Shown: positions 12,120 through 24,911 of the stretch, piece by piece
How the letters are laid out: the number at the start of each line of letters is the position of its first letter
Numbering within the stretch: the first letter of the stretch is position 1
Source: Octopus vulgaris
Lineage: Eukaryota
Assembly: GCA_951406725.2 (NCBI GenBank)
Contig: OX597815.1
Coordinates: forward strand, 118,792,001-118,856,000
Direction: 5' to 3'
DNA: 64,000 bases
Position numbers and translations under genes: made by a program
Notes under the pieces: model-generated
Told to the model about the DNA's origin: nothing
What the model saw: the letters and a program-made list of their open reading frames with translations, nothing else
The model's database searches: none

Positions 12120-12363
12120 GCAGTGGTCCCAAGACAGTGCCCTGTGGAACACCGCTGACTATTTGTGTGTTCATAGAGTTGTGGTTACATGACTTCATGA
12201 AAGATAGGAGTCAGGCAGTAGTGGTTAATGGAGCCACCTCTATGAACACACAAATAGTGAGCGGTGTTCCACAGAGCACTGTCTTGGGACCACTGTTTTT
12301 TATAGTGGCCCTCTCAGATATGCCCTCAAATACCCGGATTGCCAATCTGGCCAGCTATGCAGA

Positions 12364-12367
<4 letters not shown>
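12120..12367 (+). mobile_element. LINE reverse transcriptase fragment (CR1-like)
   Basis: WLHDFMKDRSQAVVVNG...SGVPQSTVLGPLFF...SYADD, corresponding to RT motifs including YADD; truncated by (TA)n. Confidence 0.85.
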
Positions 12368-12413
<46 letters not shown>

Positions 12414-12416
<3 letters not shown>

Positions 12417-12997
12417 TATATTAAATTAGAGATAAAACCACTATTAGGCAAATCAAACAGTGAAAAACATATACATAAAATTAATTTTAAAATATAAAAG
12501 TTAAAAATTAAAAAATATTTAAATAATTTAAACTTATAAATTGTAAATATATATATACAAATATATATATATATGTATGTATGTATATATTTTTATTTAT
12601 ATATTATTTTATTTATTAATTAATTAATTTAATTATTTATTTATTTATTTATTTTTTATAAATATCAAAAGTATTAAAAGTTTAATAAAAGATATCTTTA
12701 TCTTTTATTAAACTTTTAATACTTTTGATATTTATAAAAAAATTTTTTTTAATTAATTAATTAATTAATTAATTAATTAATTAATTAATAAAATAATATA
12801 TAAATAAAAAAATATACATACATACATATATATATATATTTGTACATATATATATATTTTAAATTTATAAGTTTAAATTATTTAAATAATTTTTTTAATT
12901 TTTAACTTTTATATTTTTAAATTAATTTTATGTATTGGCTTATGCTTTTCACTGTTTGATTTGCCTAATAGTGGTTTTATCTCTAATTTAATATAAT
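12414..12997. repeat. ~580-bp AT-rich imperfect palindrome
   Basis: AAATTAGAGATAAAACCACTATTAGGCAAATCAAACAGTGAAAA (~12423) is the reverse complement of ~12946-12990. Centre near 12695 (TAATAAAAGATA-TCTT-TATCTTTTATTA). Confidence 0.9.
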
Positions 12998-13124
12998 ATG
13001 ATATATTTATACTATAAAATTGGATTTAATCCTAAATCTAATTTTTCCCTGTAAGTTTGGATTTATTCCCTAATATTATTATTATTATATATATATATAT
13101 ACAAATATATATATATATATACAT

Positions 13125-13178
<54 letters not shown>

Positions 13179-13181
<3 letters not shown>

Positions 13182-13370
13182 GAGGCGCAATGGCACAGTG
13201 GTTAGGGCAGCGGACTCGCGGTTGTAGGATCGCGGGCGTTGTGAGTGTTTATTGAGCGAGAACATCTAAAGCTCTACGAGGCTTCACCAGGGGGTGGTGG
13301 CGATCCCTACTGTACTCTTTCGCCACGACTTTCTCTCATTCTTTCTTCTGTTGGCCTGCTCGCTAAAACA
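13179..13370 (+). mobile_element. tRNA-derived SINE family C
   Basis: GGAGGCGCAATGGCACAGTGGTTAGGGCAGCGGACTC A-box-like head. Related to 24322 and 30945; an inverted tail fragment lies at 13436-13566. Confidence 0.7.
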
Positions 13371-13375
13371 ATGTA

Positions 13376-13437
<62 letters not shown>

Positions 13438-13786
13438 CGTGATCACCGTGACCGACCAGGCTATCAGATGTTGCTACACATCGCTGGTCACAATGCGCTT
13501 CGCATTGTTTTCGCCTTCAAATGACGCCACCCCGCTGGCTAAGCTAGCAGGCCAACAGAAGAAAGAGTATATATATATATATATATATATATACAGAGAG
13601 GGAGGGAGAGAGAGAGAGAGAAGGGGGGGGGAATAGATGAAATCCAGTAATTTGCATAATAGAAAACACTTTCTTTATACTTCATATACGGTCTTTGCTT
13701 TCTCTCTATTTACTTGCTTATATATTTTGTATATCAAACCCAAGCTGTTTTTTGTTTATTTGCATCATTGTCACCCCACCTCTCTC

Positions 13787-13817
<31 letters not shown>

Positions 13818-14414
13818 ATATATATATATATACACACGCGCACATGCACATATACACACACTCACACTCACCACACACAAATGCCCATACACACATATTT
13901 TTATACGTACATGCACATATATACACAGAAATGCCATCAACTTGCCAAATACATATCACTATCGCCAGTCCCATCACTAACACATTTGCAATTACATCAC
14001 TAGCACCACGTTTACAACCACCATTACCACTAAAATTGACCATAGTCATTTTACAAATTTCCTTAGCTCGCGCGCCTGCTGCTTTGATCTTGCTACTTAA
14101 TGGCTTGGGGTAGTAAGAAGGGTAGTTGTAGCAGCAGTGGCGGTAATAGCTGTGATAATTGTAGTGTTGGTGTTAGCTATAGGTGGGTTGTAGCTTCGAT
14201 AGTTGTTGTGGCCGAGGAAAAGAGTGTACGAGGTGAGAATTGAACATGATTTACGTGGAAATTTTGCAATGGTTTGATAATATTAGCTATGATTAGAACA
14301 AACGGCTACATCCAGCATGAATGCATGTGTTTATACATGCACACACTCATATACATACATACATACATACATACATACATACATACATACATACATACAT
14401 GCATACATACATGC

Positions 14415-17247
14415 AAATTACTATATGTCCCACCAACAGAAAGTAAAGAAGGAGATAGAAAAGATATTTGGAGACAGCAGAAAGAGGACACTTACTTGCA
14501 AACTGATAACACTCAAGCAGGAGCTAAAAGCTGCCAGTGAAAAACTCCGACATCAGAAGAGAATAACCAAGGGAAGAATAATAGACAAAAAATTTAACCG
14601 CAACCAGGCAGCAGTATATAGAAACATGAGAGGAGGAGCAGTTAACATTACGGAAGCTCCTTCACGAGAAGACATAGACTCGTTCTGGAAGAAAATCTAG
14701 AGTGAAGAGAAGGAATTTAACCAAGATGCTCTGTGATTGGAAGAAATCCGAAAAAGTTATTGCTCCTGCATTACATCCATGACATACAACATTGATGGTG
14801 AAACTCTTACAACTGTGATTTAGAAACTCCAGAATGGAAAAGGACCTGGAAGAGACTTGATAGTTGGATATTGGTACAAGAAGTTAGCATTCTACCGACC
14901 ATATCTTATCAATCTGTACCTGCAAGCTTTCAGTGGGAACAGTAGCATACCACACTGGTTAGCTTTGGCAGAGATAAAATTGATCCCCAAATGCAGAACC
15001 ACCCACAGGGCAAAGAACTACCGGCCAATTGCATGCCAGAACTTAATGCATAAAATATATACAGCATGTTTAAACATCTTCCTCCAGGACCATTGTGAAA
15101 CCAGTAACATTATCACAGCAGAACAAGCAGCTGGGAAGAAGGGAGTTTGGGGATGTGCTGAGCAAATGTTAATCAACAAAATTGTGATGTCAGATGTGCG
15201 AGAGCATAGGAGGAACCTAGTTTCAATGTGGCTAGACTACAAGAAAGCCTTTGACTCTGTTCCCCACTCATGGTTGCTAGAAGCCCTTCAACTTGTTAAA
15301 GTTCCAGTGAGAATAGTCAAAGCCATAGCTGACTTCACTTCATCGTGAGCCACCATCTTGAAATTAAACACAAAGAGTGAATGTATTATCACCGATAGAA
15401 TACAGTATCGAAAAGACATATTCCAAAGAGACAGGCTTTCCGTGGTGTTGTTTATACTTTCTGTAAACCCCTTGTCATTCATGTTAAGGAAGTCTGAAGG
15501 ATATCTCACTGGTTCACAAGGAAACAGAAATACCAAAATTACACACTGTTTCTTTGTGGATAACTTAAAACTTTATGCAAACAATATGCATGAGATGAAA
15601 AAGAACCTTGACCTAGTTACAACATTCTCAAAGGATGTAGGATTGGAGTTTGGTCAGGATAAATGTTATTATATGGTTGTGAAAAGGGGGAAAACTGTAA
15701 ACCAGACTAGTAACATCTCCATCAATGACTTGACTGTTTCCCCTATATCCGACGAGGAATGTTACAGGTATCTAAGGGTGGATGAAAATATATCTTACAG
15801 TTACACCTGTAACAAAACACGTGTCACTAAAGAATATTACAGCCGAATAAAGAAAATTTGAACCTCAGAAGTCTCTGCATTAAATAAAACAGTAGCCCAC
15901 AATGTGTTTGCACTGCCAGTACTCATACTAACATTTGGGCTCCTTGATTGGACGCTTGATGAGATCCAAGACATTGATGCGAAAACACGAAAAATTCTAA
16001 CAAACACATAATTTCTACATAAACAGTAATGTAGATCGCCCCTATCTAAAACGAAAACCAGGTGGCAGAGGCTTAACATCGATCTAAAATGCATTTGACT
16101 GTCGCATCATATTCCTTCGGCAACATCTTTTAACTACCAAGTATCGAAGTCCATCCCTTGATCAAGTTTGCATACATGAGGCTGATAACATCATAAGACT
16201 TGGAAGGCAGCGAGCAACACTCTTTTTCTGATAACCTAGAATACATGCCCAAAGAAGTCGCAGGACTCTACTGCAACGTACCCTCAGATGAAAGGATGAG
16301 CCTGTATGAGCAGAAGACTATGCATGGACATGTTGCTAGAAAACCCCGTGATGTTAGTAACATCGATTATCAAAGCAGTTTATCATGGACCAGTAGCCGG
16401 ATTACTACCTCCTACTTTGAAGGGTATGCGTTTGCGATCCATGAACAGGAAACATCAACCAAGTAACTGGTGCACAAAAGGGATAAAGATGACGACTTTG
16501 TGGAGTTCACACTGAAGATATCACCCACATCATAAGCAGCTGTCCGAAAATGTCATCACGGTATTATCTACCGATGAGACATGACGTTTCACCTAGGACG
16601 CTCTATAATGAAATCCGTCGGAAGGATAATCCGAGGGACAAGGAAATATGGTAAAAGCCATAGCCACTCATAATAAAAAGGAATATTGGTGAAAAGTACC
16701 AATGAAGACCTTAATAAAATGTAAGCACAACAGATTGGATATAATGATTTGGGATAGAAAAGAGAAACTGTGTACAGTTATGGAAATTAGCTGCCCAGCG
16801 GATGTTGACATAAAGCTGAAGATTAGTGAAAAATAGAACACCTATCTTGAACTATTGAGAAATCTGCAGTTACTCTATCCAGATTACAAGTTCAGGTTTA
16901 TACCTGTAATTATTGGGGTCCTGGGATATGTAACACACTGCCTAAATACCAATTTTGAGAAATTAGGCTTCTCAAAACCAGAAAGTAGAAAGCTAATTCG
17001 AAAACTACAGATCCAATCCATCACTTGAACTGTAAAAATCTGTAAAACTCTCCAGAACTTTATCATTTATATATATGAGCATGTCTAGATATGCAACTAT
17101 GTGCATGAGAATACATACATAAAACATACATGCATACAAAATACCCTGTTGTTGATATTCAAATTCCAATGAAGTAACCTTGGATCTAGGTTAGAAACCG
17201 GTTCTTTCTCTATTGACAAGAAATCTTGAAATAAACTGAATAATGAC
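14415..17247 (+). mobile_element. Decayed 5'-truncated R4/Dong-like LINE (RT plus C-terminal restriction-like endonuclease)
   Basis: YRPIACQN, WLDYKKAFDSVPHSWL, IFQRDRLS and FFVDNLK RT motifs. Later RHD and IMIWD...EISCP motifs. Multiple stops and frameshifts; flanked by (TACA)n on both sides. Confidence 0.85.
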
Positions 17248-17277
17248 ATATATACATACATACAAACATACATTCGT

Positions 17278-17323
<46 letters not shown>

Positions 17324-18699
17324 TACGCACACACACACACATATATATATATAACTACATAACTTTGTAATGGTCTCGAGATTGCCATCATGAATTAATA
17401 ATGTTGTTGACATTTTCACGACCGAACAAGTAGAGTTATTTCTCGAAAATTATGAGAAATTGCTAGTCTCCTTGGTACATTTATCCTATTATATTATCAA
17501 AACCAGTAACATTTTCCATAAAATGTTGCTTCAATTATAGTATTAAGATATATATTTTCCTTGGCGAATTATCACTATATTGATTCAACCATCATTCTGT
17601 GTTTAGATCAAGACTAGTTCTTCGTAAAATAGTATCATGTAAAAATAGTTTATTTTAATGTTTCTTGCGCCCTTTTCAAGCCCAGCCAGGCTCATGGGCC
17701 GGTTTCCCAGTTTCTGGGGCGTTGTTTCACACTCCTTTCCATCACAAGCAAGATTTTCAATAGAGTCCTTCCCCAATTGATTAATATAGCAGCCTTTGGA
17801 AGATACTGAGGTCTTATGGAATCTTGGATAAAATGGTCTTCCTGATTAGGCCTGCCCTGTAACTATTTTGAATGTAGCGTATTCATTCCATAATATGGCA
17901 CTGTTTGAATAGTCTTCAGTAGTATTTAGTGTAACAGGGCTGTATCCTCTTTCCCACAGGATAATGTGTTAGGTCATACCAGATAATTCCAGATATTTTC
18001 CTTAGTCACCTTCCTTCAATTTGGAAGATCTTTACTATACCATGACCTGGTAGCTTTACATATCACATGGATAAATTCCAACAACTTGGTACTTAACACT
18101 GCCAGAACAGCGAGCCACTGACCATGTGTAGGTTTCTCACATGTCTTGGGTCCCTTATCAGCAGAGTGAACTGAGCGAGAAAAGGACATCGAGGCAAAGC
18201 TTATGGAACATTTACAAGAATTCAGTTAACCTGGGTGTCAAGACGATTCTGTCCGAGGACTGTGTAATAATGTCAAATCTTGTTGAAAATGTATGGTTAA
18301 GAATGCTGGTAAGTTGTGAAATGGAACATGATGAATGTTTTCCATAAACTGCGGCATCTTCCGCCCAGCAAAGCATAATAGGAAAAACTGGGATGCAAAT
18401 CTAATTGAAATAGTATGCTTTTTTAAATAAAATGAAAGATAGCTCAGATGTCTAGGTCACGTACTAAGAATGGACCGAAACGGGAAACCAAAGGTAATAT
18501 TAAGATGAACGCCATCTGGAAACCGCAAACTTTGTTAGTTTTAATGTTTGGTATAGAAAAGCTGAAGGTAAGCTGTAAAAAGTGGTGTTTAATAGAACAA
18601 AGTTGAGAGATTTGCTAAGGGCCGTGATGGAAGGCATCAAATCACTGAAGCCTTATTTTCTAAGTGGAAATAAGATAATTAAATGATAATTGTTTCTAA

Positions 18700-18890
18700 T
18701 TTTAGAGAAGGCCAGTAGTTTTAAAGGAATGGGTAAGTCTATTACATTGATACCAGTGCTAAACTGGTACTTGCTTTATCGACTGGTACTTGTTTTAAAA
18801 GGCAATGTCGATTTCCGCGGCATTTGAACTCAGGACGTAATGAACGGGAATAAATGAGGTGCAGTAACGATTCTGCCAGCTTACCGGCTT
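18700..18890 (-). mobile_element. SINE family A, degenerate
   Basis: CTGGTACTT...AAAGGCAATGTCG...TTTGAACTCAGGACGTAA...AACGATTCTGCCAGCT. Confidence 0.7.
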
Positions 18891-18931
18891 ATAAAATCAA
18901 ATTCTACAATATAAATGGTTTTGGCGTTGAA

Positions 18932-19305
18932 TCTTATACATAAATGGCAATTTCTGTCTGTCGGTCTGTCTGTTGCCATCTTGCTGCCTGCACCAGTGAA
19001 CCAATCTTGACGAAACTTTGCATACATGTTAAACTAACATCCATGCTAATTGGATTTCAATAAAAATCTATAATTGACCCCTCAGTGGGGGTGTGTTATT
19101 ATTTGATAAAATGAGAAGGGTGCAAGAGTGCTAATATGAGGAAATGTGGTGGCATAGTAAGAATGGCTGACATCAGGGAAGGGGAGGACAGCGTTGTGCA
19201 AGCGACAAATACGGAATGGCAGTGAGATATAACGTTAATACAGCTGTCGTTCAGAAATATATACGCGACACTGAGTAAATACTTTCGTAAATACATAGAT
19301 ACATG

Positions 19306-19379
<74 letters not shown>

Positions 19380-20041
19380 CACACACACACACAAACTCAC
19401 ACATACGCATACACACACATACATACGAACATATATACATGTCTACTCCAAAATATTGTTTGTACGTTTGTAAAAGTGTGTGTGTGTGTGTGTCGGACGT
19501 TCTATAACTGTCTCTCTACTTTTGTAAGGTCTTCCCTATTTCTGTCACATATTGAGATTTTAACATTACGTCAAAATTTTCAAGTTTGGTATATTGAAAT
19601 AATTTTCCACGTTAAATTTGATATTGTTATTTATTTGTTCCAGAAAAATTGTAGAAAAATGTTACTGAGGTTTAAAGTTTAATCAATTTTAGCTAATCAG
19701 AAAACAGGATTTGGAAGCTGGCATTTTCTGCATGAAAGCAAAATCATCACGAGGAAGAATTTTTATTAAACGAAAACAAAGCATTACGACGACCAAAGTT
19801 GTAAGAACTTCTGAAGTTTTAATAAGTTGAAATGAATAAAGTCATGTGTAACAGTCAAACAAATAATTTTAAAAGGAAAAAAATATCCCCAACGAAGTTT
19901 TTATGCAAACAATTGCACAAATCTGTCCTGATCGAGAGGTCTATCTGTTGAGAAAGGCATGATCTGATATGGAATAAGCAAAAGTTCATATGAAACATTC
20001 TATTGTAAAAATTGCCTGGCAACGACGAGATATTCAGCCAG
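18932..20041 (+). mobile_element. Non-autonomous Helitron (old) with internal (CA)n
   Basis: 5' A|TCTTATACATAAATGG followed by GTCT repeats. Degenerate 3' end CCTGGCAACGACGAG...CAGCCAG|T. (CA)n at 19308-19390. Confidence 0.5.
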
Positions 20042-20809
20042 TAGTTTATATAATTACTTGTTTAAAAATTCTCTGAATTGATTTTCAGTAATTAATAGAA
20101 ATATACTTGCTACATCATGATAACGTATGATAGTTTTCAAGTCCATGCAGTAACAGAATACATTTCTCATTGAATATAAGGTATGAAAAAAGAAGTGCAA
20201 TCTCGCTCAAGCATACCAATTTCAACACGAGCACACAGAGAGCACAAAACTCCGCCAAGACAACACCAACGTCCTCTCAACGATTAGCCTGAGATGATTT
20301 TTAAAATGAGAATATCTGAAATAAAATCCTTCAATGAATAAATATCATGAGAACTTTTGGGTTTCTCTTAAATTTAGTAGTCTTGTTCTTTTAGATTGAT
20401 GTATAGAATTATGTATATATGCAAGTATCCTGTAAAGTGTTAAAACGTATGTATAATCTAATATAATGAGCGCTATCTTTATATACTTAAAACTGCGAAC
20501 ATAGCTGTTTGTTTCGTGAATCAACTCCAGGAGCTGATGTATTAAGGCTAGGTCGGTACCAGGTAAGAAGGACTGCCGTCGGGCAGCCTGGTCTGCGTAG
20601 TCGTCAACGAAGTAAAGTTGTAGAAACTGAGGCGAGGCAGTATCAATTGGCTAAAGAGAACCAAGCCTGTGATATATTTGCCCCTGATGGCATAAATTGT
20701 CCTTCTCTAATGGCATAAATGATGTTAGCCCCGAACGAAATCATCTGGAAGGTTCAGTTGTAGGCGCGAATGCGCTTAAGAAATTCGGTAGAGAAAGGCG
20801 AAGCCCCAG

Positions 20810-21455
20810 TCAAAAGGTCAACCAAAAGACGGTGGGGAAGGAATCTTCTTTAGGAGGTATTTTAATCTTACCATTTGAGCAGCACATGCCTAGGGCTTCC
20901 CCGGGCCACTTTTTGGCCTGACAAAAATCGCAGATCCTACTCATTGTACCAATTGTAATATCCGATCTGTTGCTGTAGTCGCAACTGGGATCGTAAGGGA
21001 AAGCTTTTAATGACCAAAACTTATTTGAGGGTCGGTTGAAGGTAAGCATACTTTGGCGTTGGTCTTCATTTTGTGAGAAGCGTGAACTTGCCATCGAAAC
21101 AGCGTCGCGCATGCAGCGAGCAATCCACTGTTCTTCATTCTCTGAAGAGCATACGGCGGGCAGTCCACTGGTCTTCATTCTCTGAAGAGCGTGAACGGGC
21201 CGTTGAAGCAGCGTTACGTAGGCGACGAACAGTTCGCTGTTCTTTGTTCTGCGATGAGCGTGAACGGGCGGCAGCCACTGCATCCAACAGTCAACGGTTC
21301 GAACGTTGCTCTTCACTTTGTGTTGATCGCGAACGTGCAGCGGTCCGCGTACAGCGGAAGTAACGCTGCCCTTGCGTGTGAGAAGCTCGGGCTAATCTCT
21401 TATGCTTAGCTTGGGAAGTCGCTCGACCAATGGTAGACCTTCTTCGACCAGGCAT
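20810..21455 (-). pseudogene. Helitron RepHel N-terminal fragment (disrupted)
   Basis: From ATG 21455 (MPGRRRSTIG) there are ~21-aa R/E/Q-rich repeats, then AFPYDP...IGTMSRICDFCQAKKWPGEALGMCCSNGKIKIP, the Cys-rich motif typical of animal Helitron RepHel N-termini. Contains stops and frameshifts. Confidence 0.8.
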
Positions 21456-23007
21456 AATCTAGAAACTTGCTCAATTTCGTAAAGAAAAGAAGCAGCTGAT
21501 GGGAGCAAAGCAAGAATAAAAAAAAACAAAAAAACTAAGACGCTAAAGGTAGCGTATAGAGGTTATGGATGGAGAATTGAAACAAAGTAGATACAAATAA
21601 CAAAACAGACAGCAGCTAATATAATGAGATATGCACAAGTAAGGACACCTATATGGCGAGAGGACGTAACAGTTATAGTAACTGGTAAAACACCAAGCTA
21701 AAGGGGATGCTCTAAGAAGGATGTTGGTGTGGAGATTTTTGATAAATTTCATAGGCAGCACAGAGTAACTTAAGGAGACACTAAGGATATATGAAGGACA
21801 GGGGGTAGCAGTAACGAAACACAACACAAACGAAAATAAACAGCAAGTGGTAATAAGTAGTACAACGTCACTAAGGCTAGAGGAGACGGGGTAACAGTAA
21901 TGATAGGCAAAAATTCAACAGTAGAATTACCTGTGCACAAAAAGCAAACAGAAACGTAGGACAGGTAGTACTGAGAGAGAACGCAGCACGGAGGTCCGAA
22001 ACGTAAGTAAAGTGTTCGTATAAAAACGTTGATGTAATGGGACCATGAGTCAAAAGAGTACATGCTATTGGCTAAATGCCAACCAATAGAAGGAGCAAAA
22101 CTGTTCAAGTGAGCGTGAAACAGGTGAGTCATGCGGTGGGGTGGGGGTAGGTAATTGTGGGAACAATTGGTGAGAAGTGTGGTAATCCGTGATAATCACT
22201 GACAGGGAGTACGCTCTGATGCAAAATGGCACCCATTGCGTAACCGCCGACAGTGACAATTTCTTTGGGGTGGGGTGGGGGTCAGTGTCGATTGTAAAGT
22301 ACAGGAGGGAGAAATTATGTGATTGGTAATAATTACTGATAAGGAGTATGCCTCAGTGTCACCTAATGCTAGGGTGTAATTAAGGTAGGGGAGGAAGGAG
22401 CCCCGAGTCTACTGCAGCAAGTAGTTTGAAGGGGGACGTGTGGTTCGCGCAATGTCACCAATGCAGCGCGGTGCTAATTGATGGGTGGAAGAATAAGGAG
22501 TGTCAAAACTGCAGTGCGCTGAAAGCCTTCCCGAAAACTTGATTAAAGCAAATTTGAAGTTGATGAAAGAAAACTCTTAGGGCATTCCACCAGAGGGTTA
22601 TATGGCTGGTCTTAAATTGTGTGATTGCTAACGTCGTTAACACGCGTTGCCTTTTGACAAGATCAGTGAACGTATCCGACCGTCTTCAAGGCAAGCATAT
22701 TTGATTGTTGTAGAAGCAACTGCGGTTGTTTTTTTAATAAACAGCATCTTATGGCGAACCAACATGGGCAAAACAATCAGCTCTCTTGTTTTGTCTAGTC
22801 GTGTAGCCCAAATGTTATTCCCCCCGCCGTTTACCCGAACATTTTTTCGAAATCAGTTTATACTTAAAACCTCCCCAGACACAATAAGCAATATGCATGT
22901 GAAGTTTAAGAAAAATCGGTCCAGAGCCGTTTTGGCGCAAAACGAGGACATACCGATACACACAGACAAAGAAACAGACAGACATTTTTAGTTTTAAAAT
23001 GTAAGCT
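21456..23007 (-). mobile_element. Probable 5' non-coding region of the same Helitron
   Basis: Minus strand near 23005 reads ...AAAACTAAAAATGTCTGTCTG...GGACCGATTTTTCTTAAACTT, resembling the 5' region of the other Helitrons here. It is collinear with the RepHel fragment. Confidence 0.45.
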
Positions 23008-23101
23008 ATATCATAAAATAGGAAAATAGGAAAAAAAAAAAAAGAAATACATGGTGAATCAATTCCCCTCAAGTGATTTCCTGTCACCAATTTCATATAT
23101 G

Positions 23102-23838
23102 CCGTAAATCCTCGAGTATAGTCGCCCTTGAGTATAATACGCAAGGGATTTTTAGGGGGCTGTGCCTCTGCAAAACCTAAACCTTGTGTATAATACGCAC
23201 TCCTTCTCTAACTTGAGTCAAGGAGGTCTATATAACATCCTTGGTTTGTAAAAATGTACACGGTAACGTTATTACTGTATATATAACATAATGCAAACGT
23301 GTAGCTTTTTTGTCCATTTTGTTTGCAGAAAATAAAGAAATAACAGTAATAACGTCAGTGAAAAATAAACATTAAGTAAATTGTCTTTACATATTTATCA
23401 CTATCAGTTAAAAAAGCAAACGCAAAAACATTTATTCAAATCCTTCAAATTCAACATCACTTTCAGCATCAAATAACTGTTCCATTTTTTCCTCCGTAAA
23501 CTTGTCAGGATCATTGTAGTGTCCGTCATCGTCAGATTCATAGTCAACATCAGAAGATTCACTTTCATTTATTTCTGAATACTTTTATTTTAATAAATGT
23601 TGCTTACTGCAAGTTATGGATGATTCTTTTATGACTTCATTGCTTTCAGGCTTAGCTTAAGGTATTTTCACGCCCGACATCACAAAATGCGTTTGAATAA
23701 ATATTGCCGGACAGCAAATAGAGACCCGGACATTGCTTAGAAAATATTTTTCATTTTTAACCTCGTATATAATACGCCCTAAGGATTTTGACCTTTAAAT
23801 TTTGGGATAAAATGCGGATTATACTCGAGGATTTACGG
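23102..23838. mobile_element. Non-autonomous Tc1/mariner-pogo-like DNA transposon
   Basis: 19-bp TIR CCGTAAATCCTCGAGTATA / TATACTCGAGGATTTACGG followed by TA. Second copy at 42984. Confidence 0.9.
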
Positions 23839-24087
23839 TAGTAAAATATTTTGTCATATTATAGACTTGTAAGAAAAAAAAGATCATTCGCAGTATTTAA
23901 ACACAAGCTGCTAATAGTTTCATGTTCTGGAAACAATAATTCGGCTGATTTATATATCATACACTGTGTCTTCAAGCAATCCTTCAGGCTCAAAGGATTG
24001 CTTACAGACACCAGAATTACTTGGGCTTGGTTTCCTCAGAATGAAACAATTAGTAACTCGTAATTAATATATTGGGTATATTTATTT

Positions 24088-24292
24088 CGAATTTTGGCAC
24101 AGAGCCAGCAAGTTCAGGGAAAAGGATAAGTCGATTATATCCACCCCTGTGCTCAGCTTGTATTTATTTTATCGACCCCGCAAGGATGAAAGGCGAAGAA
24201 CCTCAGCGGAATTTGAACTCAGAATGTAAAGACGGACGAAATGCCGCTAAGCATTTTGCCCGTCATGCAAGCAATTCTGCTAGCTCGCTGCC
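24088..24292 (-). mobile_element. SINE family A
   Basis: Reverse-complement core and head (ATCGACCCCGCAAGGATGAAAGGC...AGCTCGCTGCC). Confidence 0.85.
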
Positions 24293-24321
24293 CCAGATAT
24301 TGCGTATATTAAATTACGTGA

Positions 24322-24570
24322 AGGCACATGACCTAGTGGTTAGGCAACTAGATCGTCGGTTCGATTCTCAGACCAGGTGACCTGTTGTGTTCTTGAACAA
24401 AACACTTCATTTCATTGCTCCAGTACCCCTTTAGTTCAGGGGGAGAACGTTGACCTGCTAGCCAAGCCAGCGGGATGATGTCATTAGAAGGCTAAAACAA
24501 TGCAAATACATTATGACCAGCTATGTGTAACAACATCTCATAGTCTGGTATGTTACGTGATCACGTGATT
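24322..24570 (+). mobile_element. SINE family C
   Basis: GGCACATGACCTAGTGGTTAGG...GGTTCGATTC head; tail AAAACAATGC...GTGATCACGTGAT shared with 13436-13566 and 30945-31215. Confidence 0.65.
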
Positions 24571-24911
24571 AAATGGTATTTATCTTTCACTGGATGAAGT
24601 TATTTTTAGTTGATTCTACTAATAACGGAACAGCTACACAATACCAAGGATTGAAACCGCATTTAAATGTTTACTTTACACTAATATTTCTAATAAATTT
24701 TTTGCTTCTGTACTTTTTAATTAATGGGTTAAATCCAACAGAGTTCATTTCTCCGCGATTTTACTGATGAATATCAATTGAATAACAAAGCAGAAGACCA
24801 CCATCAGAAAATAACCAATACGCAGTAGAGAAGGAATTTTAAAAAATCAGAAGGAATTTTAAAAAATAGTAACGAAACCGTTCTAGGAATTCTGAATCCA
24901 CTCTATCAATA

